From NCBI GenBank assembly GCA_964016885.1, contig OZ024760.1:28830001-28894000 (forward strand): 64,000 bases of DNA. Reading direction: 5' to 3'. The position numbers and the translations under genes are program-made. Each line of letters begins with the position of its first letter. Position 1 is the stretch's first letter. This DNA is from Eledone cirrhosa. Lineage: Eukaryota. Shown piece after piece: positions 1 to 12,098 of the stretch. Below the pieces are notes generated by a model. That model searched no databases. It was not told the DNA's origin and worked only from the letters and a program-made list of their open reading frames with translations.

Positions 1-1023
1 AGTTTTCCCTACCTGTTAGTTTGCCTGCTATCCCACTACATCTCTTGTGTACCCAAGATCTGCATTGCGAACATTTTATGGAATTTATGCCAGTTCCTTT
101 CCTACATCTCGAACATGGCCATTTCCCTGATGGAATCAGAGTATTGTCCTCTCTTCTACTTATCAACACTTTTGTTTTAGCTATGTTCACTCTCAGGCCT
201 CTTGTTTCCAACTGCTGTTTCCATAGCCAGAATTTATTCTCTAACTCCTCTACTGATTCTGCTATAAGAATCAGATCATCAGCATAGAGAAGTTCCCATG
301 GGCAGCCAGTCTTAAACTCCTCTGTTATGGCTTGGAGGACTATAATGAACAAGAGCGGGCTGAGGACCGAACCCTGATGTACACCTACTTGTATCTGGAA
401 TTCCTCACTAAACTCTATTCCTATTCTCACTTTACAGTACCCCTGTAGCTTGCACAGTCCTCACAAGGCATTGCTCTATACCTAGTTTCCTTAGGGACCA
501 CCAGATGACAGATCGGGGTACCCTATCAAAGGCCTTCTCTAGGTCAACAAAAGCTAAGTATAGTGGCTCTTGTAGTTGCCTCACTATGAAGAGGGCATCT
601 GTTGTACTTTTCCCAGGCACAAAACCAAACTACATCTCATCTAGTTTGACCCTTTCTCTAATCAGTTGCGCTAATATTCTCTCTGCCACTTTCATAACCT
701 GATCCATCAGCTTTATACCCCTATAATTGCTCCTCTCCAGAGCATCCCCTTTACCTTTGTAGCAATTTATGAGAATACTGCTGCACCAGTCTTTGGGTAT
801 GGCACTACCATATATAGCCTGATTGATGATGTGTGCAACCAGTTTAGTGCCTACGTCCCCTGATGCCTTCAGCATCTCAGCAACTATCCCCGATGGTCCA
901 GCAGCCTTATCATTTTTCATTTCCTTAATTGCCTCTTGTACCCTATATTTGTCAATTTCAATAGCTGGTCCCTCTGTCGGGTCTACTGGGGGTAATTTCT
1001 ATCTCTCCCATTCGTTCTCATAT
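1..1023 (-). mobile_element. RTE-clade LINE fragment (RT domain, disrupted)
   Basis: Minus-strand ORF pieces KAAGPSGIVAEMLK, NYRGIKLMDQVMK, GKSTTDALF, AFVDLEKAFDRVPR and LLYADD, with stops and deletions; homologous to the LINEs at 26 kb and 34-37 kb. Confidence 0.93.
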
Positions 1024-1244
1024 TAATCCCCTATAATTTAATGAGCTCAAGGAATAGATTCTGGGCTCTTTATAAATCAACATATAGGGAGAGGTACACA
1101 TGGACATGGACGACCTGTCTGACCCATGCAAGCATGGAAAAATGGACGCTAAACAATGATGGTGATGATGGTGATGGTGGTGATGGTGATGATGGCAGTG
1201 ATGTTGGTGGTGTTAATGGTGATGATGGTGATGGTAATGATGAT

Positions 1245-1428
1245 AATTGTTTCTGCGTTTGGCACAAGGCCAGCGATTACCCAGTACATTACTGGTACTT
1301 TATTTTATCGACCCATAAGGATGAAAGGCAAAGTTAACATAGGCAGGATTTGAACTCAGATCATAAAGGGTCGTAACTCTATGCTTCAAAGAATTGTGTC
1401 CGACTCTATCGATACTGCCAATCCACCA
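1245..1428 (-). mobile_element. SINE family A (tRNA-like head, Meta/MESC-like central domain)
   Basis: Reverse complement has A-box-like TGGCAGTATCGATAG, B-box GAGTTCAAATCC and GCCTTTCATCCTT..GGGTCGATAAAATAAAGTACCAG; more than 10 copies in the window. Confidence 0.85.
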
Positions 1429-1436
1429 ATGATACA

Positions 1437-1537
1437 CAGGGTGTCCACCAAAAATGTATACATACTTCAACAGCATTCTAATAAATATTGCCTGTACAGG
1501 TAATCAAAGTGTGTATACATTTTTTGGGGACACCCTG
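1437..1537. mobile_element. Tc1/mariner-type MITE (~100 bp)
   Basis: About 30-bp terminal inverted repeats CAGGGTGTCCACCAAAAATGTATACATACT / AGTGTGTATACATTTTTTGGGGACACCCTG, followed by TA. Confidence 0.75.
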
Positions 1538-1683
1538 TATATAATACAAAAGTACAAAAGTTAAAATTTCACCACTTAATTACTGTAGAAATATATTGAA
1601 TATATATTGAACACTTCAACTTTTCTATTGATACCCAGAGTTGATCTGATTGGTTGCTTCTTCAATGTTAGACCTTTGTTAGC

Positions 1684-1999
1684 TTCTTTCTTTCTTCCTT
1701 CCTTTCTTCCTTCCTTCCTTCCTTCCTTCCTTCCTTCCTTCCTTTCTTCCTTCCTTTCTTCCTTCCTTCCGTCCTTTCTTCCTTCCTTCCTTTCTTCCTT
1801 CCTTCCTTCCTTCCTTCCTTCCTTCCTTCCTTCCTTCCTTCCTTCCTTCCTTCCTTCCTTCCTTCCTTCCTTCCTTCCTATTGTGACATTTAACATAATT
1901 TCAGATATCTGGCAGATGGATTTCTTGTTCCTCACACATCTCTCTCTCTCTCTCTCTATCCCGCCCCCTCCCCTCTCTCTACCCCCCCTCTCTCTCTAC

Positions 2000-2061
<62 letters not shown>

Positions 2062-2067
2062 CTCTCT

Positions 2068-2130
<63 letters not shown>

Positions 2131-2260
2131 CACACATACACACACATATATATATATCACACATACACACACATATATATATATATTACACATACACACA
2201 CACATATATATATATCACACATACACACACACACATGATATATATATATATATATGTAGT
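1684..2260. repeat. Compound microsatellite (CCTT)n, (CT)n, (TA)n/(CA)n
   Basis: Directly visible. Confidence 0.95.
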
Positions 2261-2267
2261 ATATATA

Positions 2268-2449
2268 ATAATTGTTTCTACTTTAGGCACAAACCCAGTG
2301 CATTACTGGTACTTTATTTTATCGACCCCGTAAGGATGAAAGGCAAAGTTAACCTCGCCGGGATTTGAACTCAGTCCGTAAAGAGACGTAACTCCATGCT
2401 GCAAAGCATAGCGTCCGACCCTCTACTGATACTGCCAATTCACCGCCCT
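2268..2449 (-). mobile_element. SINE family A
   Basis: Same sequence as 1245-1428, with complete head GGGCGGTGAATTGGCAG. Confidence 0.85.
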
Positions 2450-2507
2450 AGTATATATAATAATAATAATAGTAATAAATAGTAAATATATCACTATAAC
2501 ATCATTT

Positions 2508-2564
2508 ATTTTGTTATATATATTTCAAGGATACTACTTTATAGTATGTTTCTTCAGACAACAT
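2508..2564 (-). ncRNA. Minimal type I hammerhead ribozyme (TATATA family)
   Basis: ATGTTGT CTGAAGA AACATACTAT-AAA-GTAGTATCCTT GAAA TATATA TA ACAAAAT: conserved core, with stems I and II pairing. Confidence 0.65.
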
Positions 2565-2627
2565 ACAATATTTGATGTATAAAATTGTGACATACCCATA
2601 AAATAGACCTCATGTGGTCAACTTAAA

Positions 2628-2900
2628 ATCATCATCATCATCATCATCATCACCGTTTTACGTCCGTTCTTCCACGCTAGCATGGGTTAGACGGGTTGTC
2701 CTGTTGTGGACAGTGTCTGGTCGGCTGACCATGCCTTGCTCATACAGGAACTGATTTGGCTTGATTTCTACAGCTGGATGCCCTTCCTAACACCAACCTC
2801 ATTTACAGTGAGTGCTGGGTGCTTTTTCGTGGTGCCTACACGTCCACTTTACAGTGTGGGCTGGGTGCTTTTTTTGCCGTGGCACCTCCACGACGAGCTT
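2628..2900 (-). mobile_element. SINE B / RTE-tail fragment
   Basis: GTTAGGAAGGGCATCCAGC motif, 49-bp module and (GAT)n tail on the minus strand. Confidence 0.75.
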
Positions 2901-3075
2901 GCAGTGGGAGGGGTTGGGGGCATATCGTCTATATGCTTCAGCATATAGACAATATGCCCCCACAGCAATGGGTATATATATATATACTGTAGTAAATGTT
3001 AGGGGGTAATATCCAAGGGTTAGAGTACTCAGTCCATAGTACAAGTTTAGTATAAATAATTACAACAGTGATATA

Positions 3076-3127
3076 AACAGGTACTCAAGTTTCATTGGGT
3101 TCTGGGGCCCAACTCATTCAGACTGTT
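3076..3127 (-). ncRNA. Minimal hammerhead ribozyme variant (CUGAAUGA core)
   Basis: AACAGT CTGAATGA GTTGGG-ccccagaa-CCCAAT GAAA CTTGAG TA CCTGTT; its 3' half is duplicated in inverted orientation at 3128-3170. Confidence 0.6.
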
Positions 3128-3218
3128 GAAACTTGAGTACCTGTTTATGTCACTGTTGTAATTATTTATATATATATTTCTACAGCTGAGTAAACTGGAG
3201 CAATGTGAAATAAATAAT

Positions 3219-6200
3219 CTTGATGTGTTGTTTCCTTGAGCAAGACACTTTATTTCACATTGCTCCCGTTCACTCAGCTGTAGAAATGAGATGATAGGGA
3301 CTGGGGTCCCTATCATTCCACTGCAAAGTGGTTGTGGAGATGCCACAGCAAAAAAGCACCCAACCCACACTGTAAAGTGGATGTGTAGGCACCATGGAAA
3401 AAAAAGTACCCAGACCACACTGTAAAGTGGTTGTGGAGGCGCTACGGCAAATATGCACCCAGCCCACACTGTAAAGTGGACGTGGAGGTGCCATGGCAAA
3501 AACGCACCCAGCCCACACTGTAAAGTGGACGTGGAGGTGCCATGACAAAAAAGCACCCAGCCCACACTGCAAAGTGGGCGTGGAGGTGCCATGGCAAAGA
3601 AGCACCCAGCCCACACTGTAAAGTGGACGTGGAGGTGCCATGGCAAAAAAGCACCCAGCCCACACTGTAAAGTGGACGTGGAGGTGCCATGGCAAAAACG
3701 CACCCAGCCCACACTGTAAAGTGGACGTGGAGGTGCCATGGCAAAAAAGCACCCAGCCCACACTGTAAAGTGGACGTGGCGGTGCCATGGCAAAAAAGCA
3801 CCCAGCCCACACTGTAAAGTGGTCGTGGAATTGCCATGGCAAAAAAGCACCCAGCCCACACTGTAAAGTGGGCGTGGAGGTGCCATAGCAAAGAAGCACC
3901 CAGCCCACACTGTAAAGTGGACGTGGAGGTGCCATGGCAAAGAAGCACCCAGCCCACACTGTAAAGTGGACGTGGAGGTGCCATGGCAAAAAAAGCACCC
4001 AGCCCACACTGTAAAGTGGACGTGGAGGTGCCATGGCAAAAAAGCACCCAGCCCACACTGCAAAGTGGGCGTGGAGGTGCCATGGCAAAGAAGCACCCAG
4101 CCCACACTGTAAAGTGGACGTGGAGGTGCCATGGCAAAAAAGCACCCAGCCCACACTGTAAAGTGGACGTGGAGGTGCCATGGCAAAAACGCACCCAGCC
4201 CACACTGTAAAGTGGACGTGGAGGTGCCATGGCAAAAAAGCACCCAGCCCACACAGTAAAGTGGGCGTGGAGGTGCCATGGCAAAAAAGCACCCAGCCCA
4301 CACTGTAAAGTGGGCGTGGAGGTGCCATGGCAAAAAAGCACCCAGCCCACACTGTAAAGTGGGCGTGGAGGTGCCATGGCAAAGAAGCACCCAGCCCACA
4401 CTGTAAAGTGGACGTGGAGGTGCCATGGCAAAGAAGCACCCAGCCCACACTGTAAAGTGGACGTGGAGGTGCCATGGCAAAAAAGCACCCAGCCCACACT
4501 GTAAAGTGGACGTGGAGGTGCCATGGCAAAAAAGCACCCAGCCCACACTGTAAAGTGGACGTGGAGGTGCCATGGCAAAAAAGCACCCAGCCCACACTGC
4601 AAAGTGGGCGTGGAGGTGCCATGGCAAAGAAGCACCCAGCCCACACTGTAAAGTGGACGTGGAGGTGCCATGGCAAAAAAGCACCCAGCCCACACTGTAA
4701 AGTGGACGTGGAGGTGCCCTGGCAAAAACGCACCCAGCCCACACTGTAAAGTGGACGTGGAGGTGCCATGGCAAAAATCACCCAGCCCACACAGTAAAGT
4801 GGGCGTGGAGGTGCCATGGCAAAAAAGCACCCAGCCCACACTGTAAAGTGGAGTGGAGGTGCCATGGCAAAAAAGCACCCAGCCCACACTGTAAAGTGGG
4901 CGTGGAGGTGCCATGGCAAAGAAGCACCCAGCCCACACTGTAAAGTGGACGTGGAGGTGCCATGGCAAAGAAGCACCCAGCCCACACTGTAAAGTGGACG
5001 TGGAGGTGCCATGGCAAAAAAGCACCCAGCCCACACTGTAAAGTGGACGTGGAGGTGCCATGGCAAAAAAGCACCCAGCCCACACTGTAAAGTGGTCGTG
5101 GAATTGCCATGGCAAAAAAGCACCCAGCCCACACTGTAAAGTGGGCGTGGAGGTGCCATGGCAAAGAAGCACCCAGCCCACACTGTAAAGTGGACGTGGA
5201 GGTGCCATGGCAAAGAAGCACCCAGCCCACACTGTAAAGTGGACGTGGAGGTGCCATGGCAAAAAAGCACCCAGCCCACACTGTAAAGTGGACGTGGAGG
5301 TGCCATGGCAAAAAAGCACCCAGCCCACACTGTAAAGTGGACGTGGAGGTGCCATGGCAAAAAAGCACCCAACACTCACTGTAAAGTGGGCGTGGAGGTG
5401 CCATGGCAAAGAAGCACCCAACACTCACTGTAAAGTGGACGTGGAGGTGCCATGGCAAAGAAGCACCCAGCCCACACTGTAAAGTGGGCGTGGAGGTGCC
5501 ATGGCAAAAAAGCACCCAGCCCACACTGTAAAGTGGACGTGGAGGTGCCATGGCAAAAAAGCACCCAACACTCACTGTAAAGTGGGCGTGGAGGTGCCAT
5601 GGCAAAAAAGCACCCAGCCCACACTGCAAAGTGGGCGTGGAGGTGCCATGGCAAAAAAGCACCCAGCCCACACTGTAAAGTGGACGTGGAGGTGCCATGG
5701 CAAAAAAGCACCCAACACTCACTGTAAAGTGGGCGTGGAGGTGCCATGGCAAAGAAGCACCCAGCCCACACTGTAAAGTGGACGTGGAGGTGCCATGGCA
5801 AAAAAGCACCCAGCCCACACTGTAAAGTGGACGTGGAGGTGCCATGGCAAAAAAGCACCCAGCCCACACTGTAAAGTGGTCGTGGAATTGCCATGGCAAA
5901 AAAGCACCCAGCCCACACTGTAAAGTGGGCGTGGAGGTGCCATGGCAAAGAAGCACCCAGCCCACACTGTAAAGTGGACGTGGAGGTGCCATGGCAAAGA
6001 AGCACCCAGCCCACACTGTAAAGTGGACGTGGAGGTGCCATGGCAAAAAAGCACCCAGCCCACACTGTAAAGTGGACGTGGAGGTGCCATGGCAAAAAAG
6101 CACCCAGCCCACACTGTAAAGTGGACGTGGAGGTGCCATGGCAAAAAAGCACCCAACACTCACTGTAAAGTGGGCGTGGAGGTGCCATGGCAAAGAAGCA

Positions 6201-6717
6201 CCCAACACTCACTGTAAAGTGGACGTGGAGGTGCCATGGCAAAGAAGCACCCTGCCCACACTGTAAAGTGGGCGTGGAGGTGCCATGGCCAAAAAGCACC
6301 CAGCCCACACTGTAAAGTGGACGTGGAGGTGCCATGGCAAAAAAGCACCCAACACTCACTGTAAAGTGGGCGTGGAGGTGCCATGGCAAAAAAGCACCCA
6401 GCCCACACTGCAAAGTGGGCGTGGAGGTGCCATGGCAAAAAAGCACCCAGCCCACACTGTAAAGTGGACGTGGAGGTGCCATGGCAAAAAAGCACCCAAC
6501 ACTCACTGTAAAGTGGGCGTGGAGGTGCCATGGCAAAGAAGCACCCAGCCCACACTGTAAAGTGGATGTGGAGGTGCCATGGCAAAAAAGCACCCAACAC
6601 TCACTGTAAATGGGGTTGGTGTTAGGAAGGGCATCCAGCTGTAGAAATCAAGCCAGAATCAGCTCCCGCCCCACCCTTGCAAGCAGGGAAAAGTGGACGT
6701 AAAATGATGATGATGAT
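3219..6717 (+). mobile_element. SINE family B (CORE-like, RTE tail) inflated by an internal 49-bp tandem array
   Basis: CORE-like TGTGTTGTTTCCTTGAGCAAGACACTT at the 5' end; GGTTGGTGTTAGGAAGGGCATCCAGC...GGACGTAAAATGATGATG at the 3' end; array between them. Confidence 0.85.
3320..6610. repeat. 49-bp minisatellite, ~67 copies
   Basis: Unit GCAAAAAAGCACCCAGCCCACACTGTAAAGTGGACGTGGAGGTGCCATG repeated head-to-tail with no spacers. Confidence 0.97.
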
Positions 6718-6929
6718 AAACACACACATACATACACACAGTAACATGTATATATATATCATCATCATCATCATCAACGGCTATCTTCCATGCTAGCATG
6801 GGTTAGATGGGTCCCATATATATATATATATATCTATCTATGTATCGTTTTGTCTATCTATGTACTTATCTGTCTACCTGCCCGTTTGGCTGCCCCCCCC
6901 CCCCCCCCCCCCCGATCTTCTGTGCTCAT

Positions 6930-7400
6930 CTGTCTCTCTCTCTCTCTCTCTTGCACTCTCTCTCTCTCTCTTGCACTCTCTCTCTCTCTCTCTGTATCTC
7001 TCTTGCACTCTCTCTCTCTCTCACTCTGTATCTCTCTTGCACTTTCTCTCTCTCTCTCTCACACTCTCTCTCTCTCACTCTGTGTCTCTCTCTCTCTTGC
7101 ACTCTCTCTCTCTCTCTCTTGCACTCTCTCTCTCTCTCACTCTGTCTCTCTCTCTCTCTCTTTTGCACTCTCTCTCTCTCTCTCTCTCTGTGTCTCTCTT
7201 TCACTCTCTCTCTCTCGCACTCTGTCACTCTCTCTCTCACTCTGTATCTCTCTTGCACTTTCTCTCTCTCTCTCTCACACTCTCTCACTCTGTGTCTCTC
7301 TTGCACTCTCTCTCTCTCGCACTCTGTCACTCTCTCTCTCACTTTGTGTCTCTCTCTCTCTCTCTCACTCTGTGTCTCTCTCACTCTCTCTCTCTCCCCC
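6930..7400. repeat. (CT)n-based complex microsatellite
   Basis: Directly visible, with TTGCAC interruptions. Confidence 0.9.
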
Positions 7401-7815
7401 CCTTTCTGATTCTACTACTTTTTCCTTTATTTAATAGTTAACACACACATTATACACCACACCTGTACAAACCACATTCACACATACACATACACACACA
7501 TACACACACATACACACTCATACATCACTCATATATAATATATACACCACACCTGTACAAAACACACCACCATACACCCACTCACACATACACACACATA
7601 CACACCACACACACCATACACGCACCACACACACCATACACACACACACACACCACACCCTCTAATACAGGCATCATACCCCCTCCCCCACCTCTACATA
7701 TTCCCCACACAATTAAAAACAGATATAACGCCCCCCCCCCCCCCCCCCCCCCGTACTCCTTTACCACCCTCCACTCCTCATTCACTCCCCCTCCACTCCC
7801 ACTCCACCAGTCAAG

Positions 7816-7898
7816 TGTCCCTTCAGAAATATTTTGAGAACTTCTATTGACCTTTTAGTCAGCATTGTTGTAAACTGTTTATACACACACACACACAC

Positions 7899-7948
<50 letters not shown>

Positions 7949-8381
7949 TATTAAGTTGTTAAACAATATTCAATGATTATGTCAAAGAATGAGTTTTACA
8001 GTAGATTGGAAGCACTCAACAGAAAATAATTTTCAGGAGTTATTAATATTAAAATATAAGTATTAATAAAATAGATGTTCTTTTGATCAATTACATTTTA
8101 TTATACATATTTCGGATGTACAACAGTACGTCCTCATCAGACAAAATATAATGATACATGACATACCCTGATATATTAATTAAGTAGTTAAGATTTAATC
8201 ACTACCTTGATTTAATCTTAACCATTTAACATCTCAGGGTATGTCAAAAGAACATCTATTTTATTAATACTTATATTTTAATATTAATAACTCCTGAAAA
8301 TTATTTTCTGTTGAGTGCTTCCAATCTACTGTAAAACTAATTCTTTGACATAATCATCGAATATTGTTTAACAACTTAATA

Positions 8382-8443
<62 letters not shown>

Positions 8444-8532
8444 GTGTGTGTGTGTGTGTATGTATATAAACAGTTTACAACAATGCAGACTAAAAGGTCA
8501 ATAGAAGTTCTCAAAATATTTCTGAAGGGACA
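7816..8532. mobile_element. Fold-back (palindromic) HHR-containing element, Penelope-like non-autonomous
   Basis: Arms of about 270 bp (7816-8086 / 8244-8532) plus an inner inverted repeat; HHR in the left arm; shares tail CTCC.GAAAA..CTGTTGAGTGCTTC.AATCT with 8.8, 61.3 and 62.1 kb. Confidence 0.7.
8095..8147 (-). ncRNA. Minimal type I hammerhead ribozyme (TATATA family)
   Basis: ATTTTGT CTGATGA GGACGTAC-TGTT-GTACATCC GAAA TATGTA TA ATAAAAT. Confidence 0.8.
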
Positions 8533-8552
8533 TTTTTAATATATATATGTAT

Positions 8553-8945
8553 ATATCAATGATATTAAATAAATGGAAACTATATTCATAAAACCATATT
8601 TATTCTGTTATATATATTTCAAGGGTTCCAAAACCTTAACGGTTCAAGCTTTACCTGGATAGTCAGGTTTTTCCTGACTATCCAGGTAAAACTTGAACCG
8701 TTAAGTTCTTCTTCCTGGATATGTCAATATTTATAAAACAAACTTTCTATTTTATCTGATGAGTGCATACCAAAGTTATAGTACCCTTGAAATATATATA
8801 ATAGAATAAATATGGTTTTATAAATATAGTTTCCATTTATTTAATATCATTGATATTATACTCCAGAAAAACTGTTAAGTGCTTCGAATCTGTTATAAAC
8901 ATATATATTTGTTGAATTACCAACAAATTAAATAACCCTTTGCTT
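8553..8945 (+). mobile_element. Fold-back HHR-containing element (same family as 7816-8532)
   Basis: Outer inverted repeat 8553-8625 / 8783-8856; inner near-perfect hairpin ...CCTGGATAGTCAGG-ttttt-CCTGACTATCCAGG...; family tail to about 8945. Confidence 0.7.
8748..8808 (+). ncRNA. Minimal hammerhead ribozyme with degenerate stem II
   Basis: TATTTTAT CTGATGA GTGCATAC-caaagttata-GTACCCTT GAAA TATATA TA ATAGAATA. Confidence 0.6.
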
Positions 8946-8957
8946 ATTATATTAATG

Positions 8958-8996
<39 letters not shown>

Positions 8997-9019
8997 ATAT
9001 TGCTCTATTAGCCTACTAT

Positions 9020-9270
9020 ATGTTCCAGCCGAGGGTCTGAGGCCATACTGGGGCACTGCCACCGAAGCTAGCCATCCTTCCCTGGCTGGCCATTGACACA
9101 AAAGGAAGTTTGTTGTTGCTGCTCTTATTTGTGCTTCAGCTCGTGCTGTGGGTTAATCCGGGATCTTGGTCAGTAGAGTGTCGAGATGTCTCTTGAAAAC
9201 TTCTACTTGTACACCATGTAGATCTCTCAGATTTTTTGGCAGCTTATTAAAAAGCTGGGGTCCCTTGATG
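9020..9270 (-). mobile_element. CR1/L2-group LINE 3' fragment
   Basis: Minus-strand translation KGPQLFNKLPKNLRDLHGVQVEVFKRHLDTLLTKIPD, typical of an ORF2 C-terminus. Confidence 0.65.
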
Positions 9271-9779
9271 CAAATTCTTGATTATTCTCAGAATTATTAG
9301 CAAACTATAGACAGTGTCTTTTATTAGAATGTCTTCTGCAGTCACAGCCCATGTTTCAGTATGTGGTCCTTATTTTTACATTGACGCTAAATTTTACTTC
9401 TACCTTTAAGTTGAGTCAACCTATACAGCTTTTTATGCAAATGAGGCTAATCAGCGCACCTATACAGGTGAAAAAACTATATATTGTCGCCTGTCTCAAA
9501 TTCCAGCAGTCAGCAAGTGGAATCATTGTCCTGAGGAGTACTAGAGTTCAGAATGCATACACAATTATCCTTCTCTGCTTCTGTTGGATTCCACTAGACG
9601 GTCGCTGACTGCCAGCCTTCTATAACTGGGCTTTCAAAATCTTTAGATATACGAAATTCACATACATATATGTATACAGCTATGCCGAAGCTAAATTTTA
9701 ATATATAAATATATATATACACACACCTACATACATACACACGCACATATATACATATATACAGAAGTCCCACCTTCCC

Positions 9780-10186
9780 TACATGCAAAGTTAACCTACA
9801 GTTAGTAGGACCCCTCCTAACCAAATATACACCCAACCCAATACCCCTACGCCATCCTCCTACCAACACCACCCCTTTCTCTGTAAAGTTATGTTGGTAC
9901 CACAACATCCAGTCCAAACTAATGAGGTCGTGTAGGGGTCACTACAAAAAAAAAACACACAGTCCAAGCTGTAATGTGGCCGTGTAGGAAACATGGGAAA
10001 AAGCTCCCAGTCGACACTGTAAATATGGTTGGTGTTAGGAAGGGCATCCAGCCGTAGAAAACCTGCCAGATAGTCCTATACGAGTGAGACATGGTCACCC
10101 GATCAATCTTGCCTCAAGTGGGACAATTCCCGTCTAAACCCATGCTAGCATGGAAGATGGACGTTAAATGATGATGATGATGATGA
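9780..10186 (+). mobile_element. RTE-A 3' UTR fragment
   Basis: Matches the 3' UTR of the LINE at 33471-33870; ends GGACGTTAAATGATGATG. Confidence 0.85.
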
Positions 10187-10220
10187 TATATATATATATA
10201 TACATACATGATTATGCTGA

Positions 10221-10270
<50 letters not shown>

Positions 10271-10412
10271 GATGATGCTGATGATATATATATATACATA
10301 CATGATGATGATGATATATATATATATATATATACATACATGATGATGGTGATGATGATATATATATATATATATAGTAATAATAATATATATATATATA
10401 TAGTAATAATAA

Positions 10413-10451
<39 letters not shown>

Positions 10452-10456
10452 AGTAA

Positions 10457-10646
10457 TAATTGTTTCTACATTTGGCACAAGGCCAGCAATTACCCAGTGC
10501 ATTACTGGTACTTTATTTTATTGACCCTGTAAGGATGAAAGGCAAAGTTAACCTCGGCGGGATTTGAACTCAGATCGTAAAGGGACGTAACTATGCTGGA
10601 AAGCATGGCGTCCGACCCTCTACCGATACTGCCAATCCACCGCCCT
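10457..10646 (-). mobile_element. SINE family A
   Basis: Full-length copy, flanked by a probable TSD (ATATATCAAGTAAT on both sides). Confidence 0.88.
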
Positions 10647-11432
10647 TATATATCAAGTAATGATATTTTCGAATCAGCGAGCGAGTTTGAAATTATTATA
10701 AATGTAAGCTATCGCCGTATTTTGACTAAAGAAATTAAAGAAATTATTTAGCCTGATAATGGGGTTAAGAACCCTCGGAGAAATGGAAAAAGATGAGTAT
10801 TGACGTCAAATCCTCTGCCTCCTTCACTGTATTTGTCACCAAAACTATGTCGTCGGCAAATTCAGCATCTCATACCTTTTTTGCCTTAACTCTCCTGCTT
10901 TTCTTCTCCCCATTTTTTCACATATATTTACCTAAACTGCGTTTCTGTTTTTTTCTCTCTCTCTCTCTTACTGCTCCCTCGTTCTCTCTGTTTCTCCTAC
11001 TTTCTTTCGCCCCCTCTGTCATGTCAGTTAACTCTTCCTCACACTTCCACTCACTCACTCACTGTTTCTCCTCTTCTCACTTCACCCCATTCGTGACGAA
11101 AACATTTTCTCTCTTTCTCACATTTGGATTCGTTCCCGAAAGGTCTTTTTCCTAAGCGCTCATATATTCACCTAGCTTATGCTAACAGAATAACTATGAA
11201 GCTTGTTCCCTTCCTTCTACGGTTAGCTCTCCTCTTTGTTGTTATCTTGTCTCACTCGCTTTACGCGTTTTAATTGTCCTAATAACTTAATTTAGTTATT
11301 ATTGCACCAACGTGAGGTATATGATTTTTAATGCAATGAAATATCTATGATCGTCGGCAAATCACTGATGAGGGACTTATTTTATTACATGTTATCCATG
11401 TGCAACCTGCAGTATTCTTCTCCCCATTTTTT

Positions 11433-11478
<46 letters not shown>

Positions 11479-11590
11479 GGGATACTGTTAGCTTCTCGCT
11501 ACAACAATTTCTATACTTTTCATTTATATATATATATATACATGATGATGATGCTGATGATATATATATATATACACATGATGATGCTGA

Positions 11591-11639
<49 letters not shown>

Positions 11640-11988
11640 CATGGTGATGATGATGATATATATATATATACATGATGATGCTGATGATATATATATGCTA
11701 CCATTCTATTTTATATCAATGTAAACTGCTATTTCTAATAGCCATCTTTTCACCCCTTGATAATTTGTGTGTGAGACACGTTGGCTGAGAACTTCTGACA
11801 GGAACTAAAAGATTGATTCTCTTTAGCTGCCTGTCCCCAGGTAAAATGTGTAAATCAGGGGCTAGTTGAGAGATAGTCCTATAGGTTGCCAGTTAATCGC
11901 TTTACCGTGTCGGTTGTCACAAACAGTCTTGACCGGCACGGGCCGGTATTTGGATTATGTCGATCGATTGGTTATTGATTAGGCGATA

Positions 11989-12098
11989 CCCGCTGATGAA
12001 GCCGCATAAGCCAATTGTGCATTATTGCATAATATATGCAGACAGATGGTGCAGTGCACCTTACTGCTGCATTAGTGCGGCAGAAACTCGAGTCTGGG
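11989..12098 (+). ncRNA. Type I hammerhead ribozyme with ~80-nt stem II
   Basis: CCCG CTGATGA AGCCGCATAA...TTAGTGCGGCA GAAA CTCGAG TC TGGG; palindromic stem III, GUC cleavage triplet. Confidence 0.75.

Noticed and set aside
3092-6600. Long minus-strand ORFs of 400-700 aa
   Set aside because: Artefact of a stop-free 49-bp repeat, open in all three frames
3320-6610. CRISPR-like array
   Set aside because: Units are contiguous with no unique spacers, there are no cas genes, and the unit derives from a SINE
10750-10790. HHR-like CTGATAA...GGAG
   Set aside because: Both core segments are mutated and there is no stem I
10800-10870. Minus-strand FADDIVL RT-like motif
   Set aside because: Too short, with an adjacent stop codon; cannot assign an element
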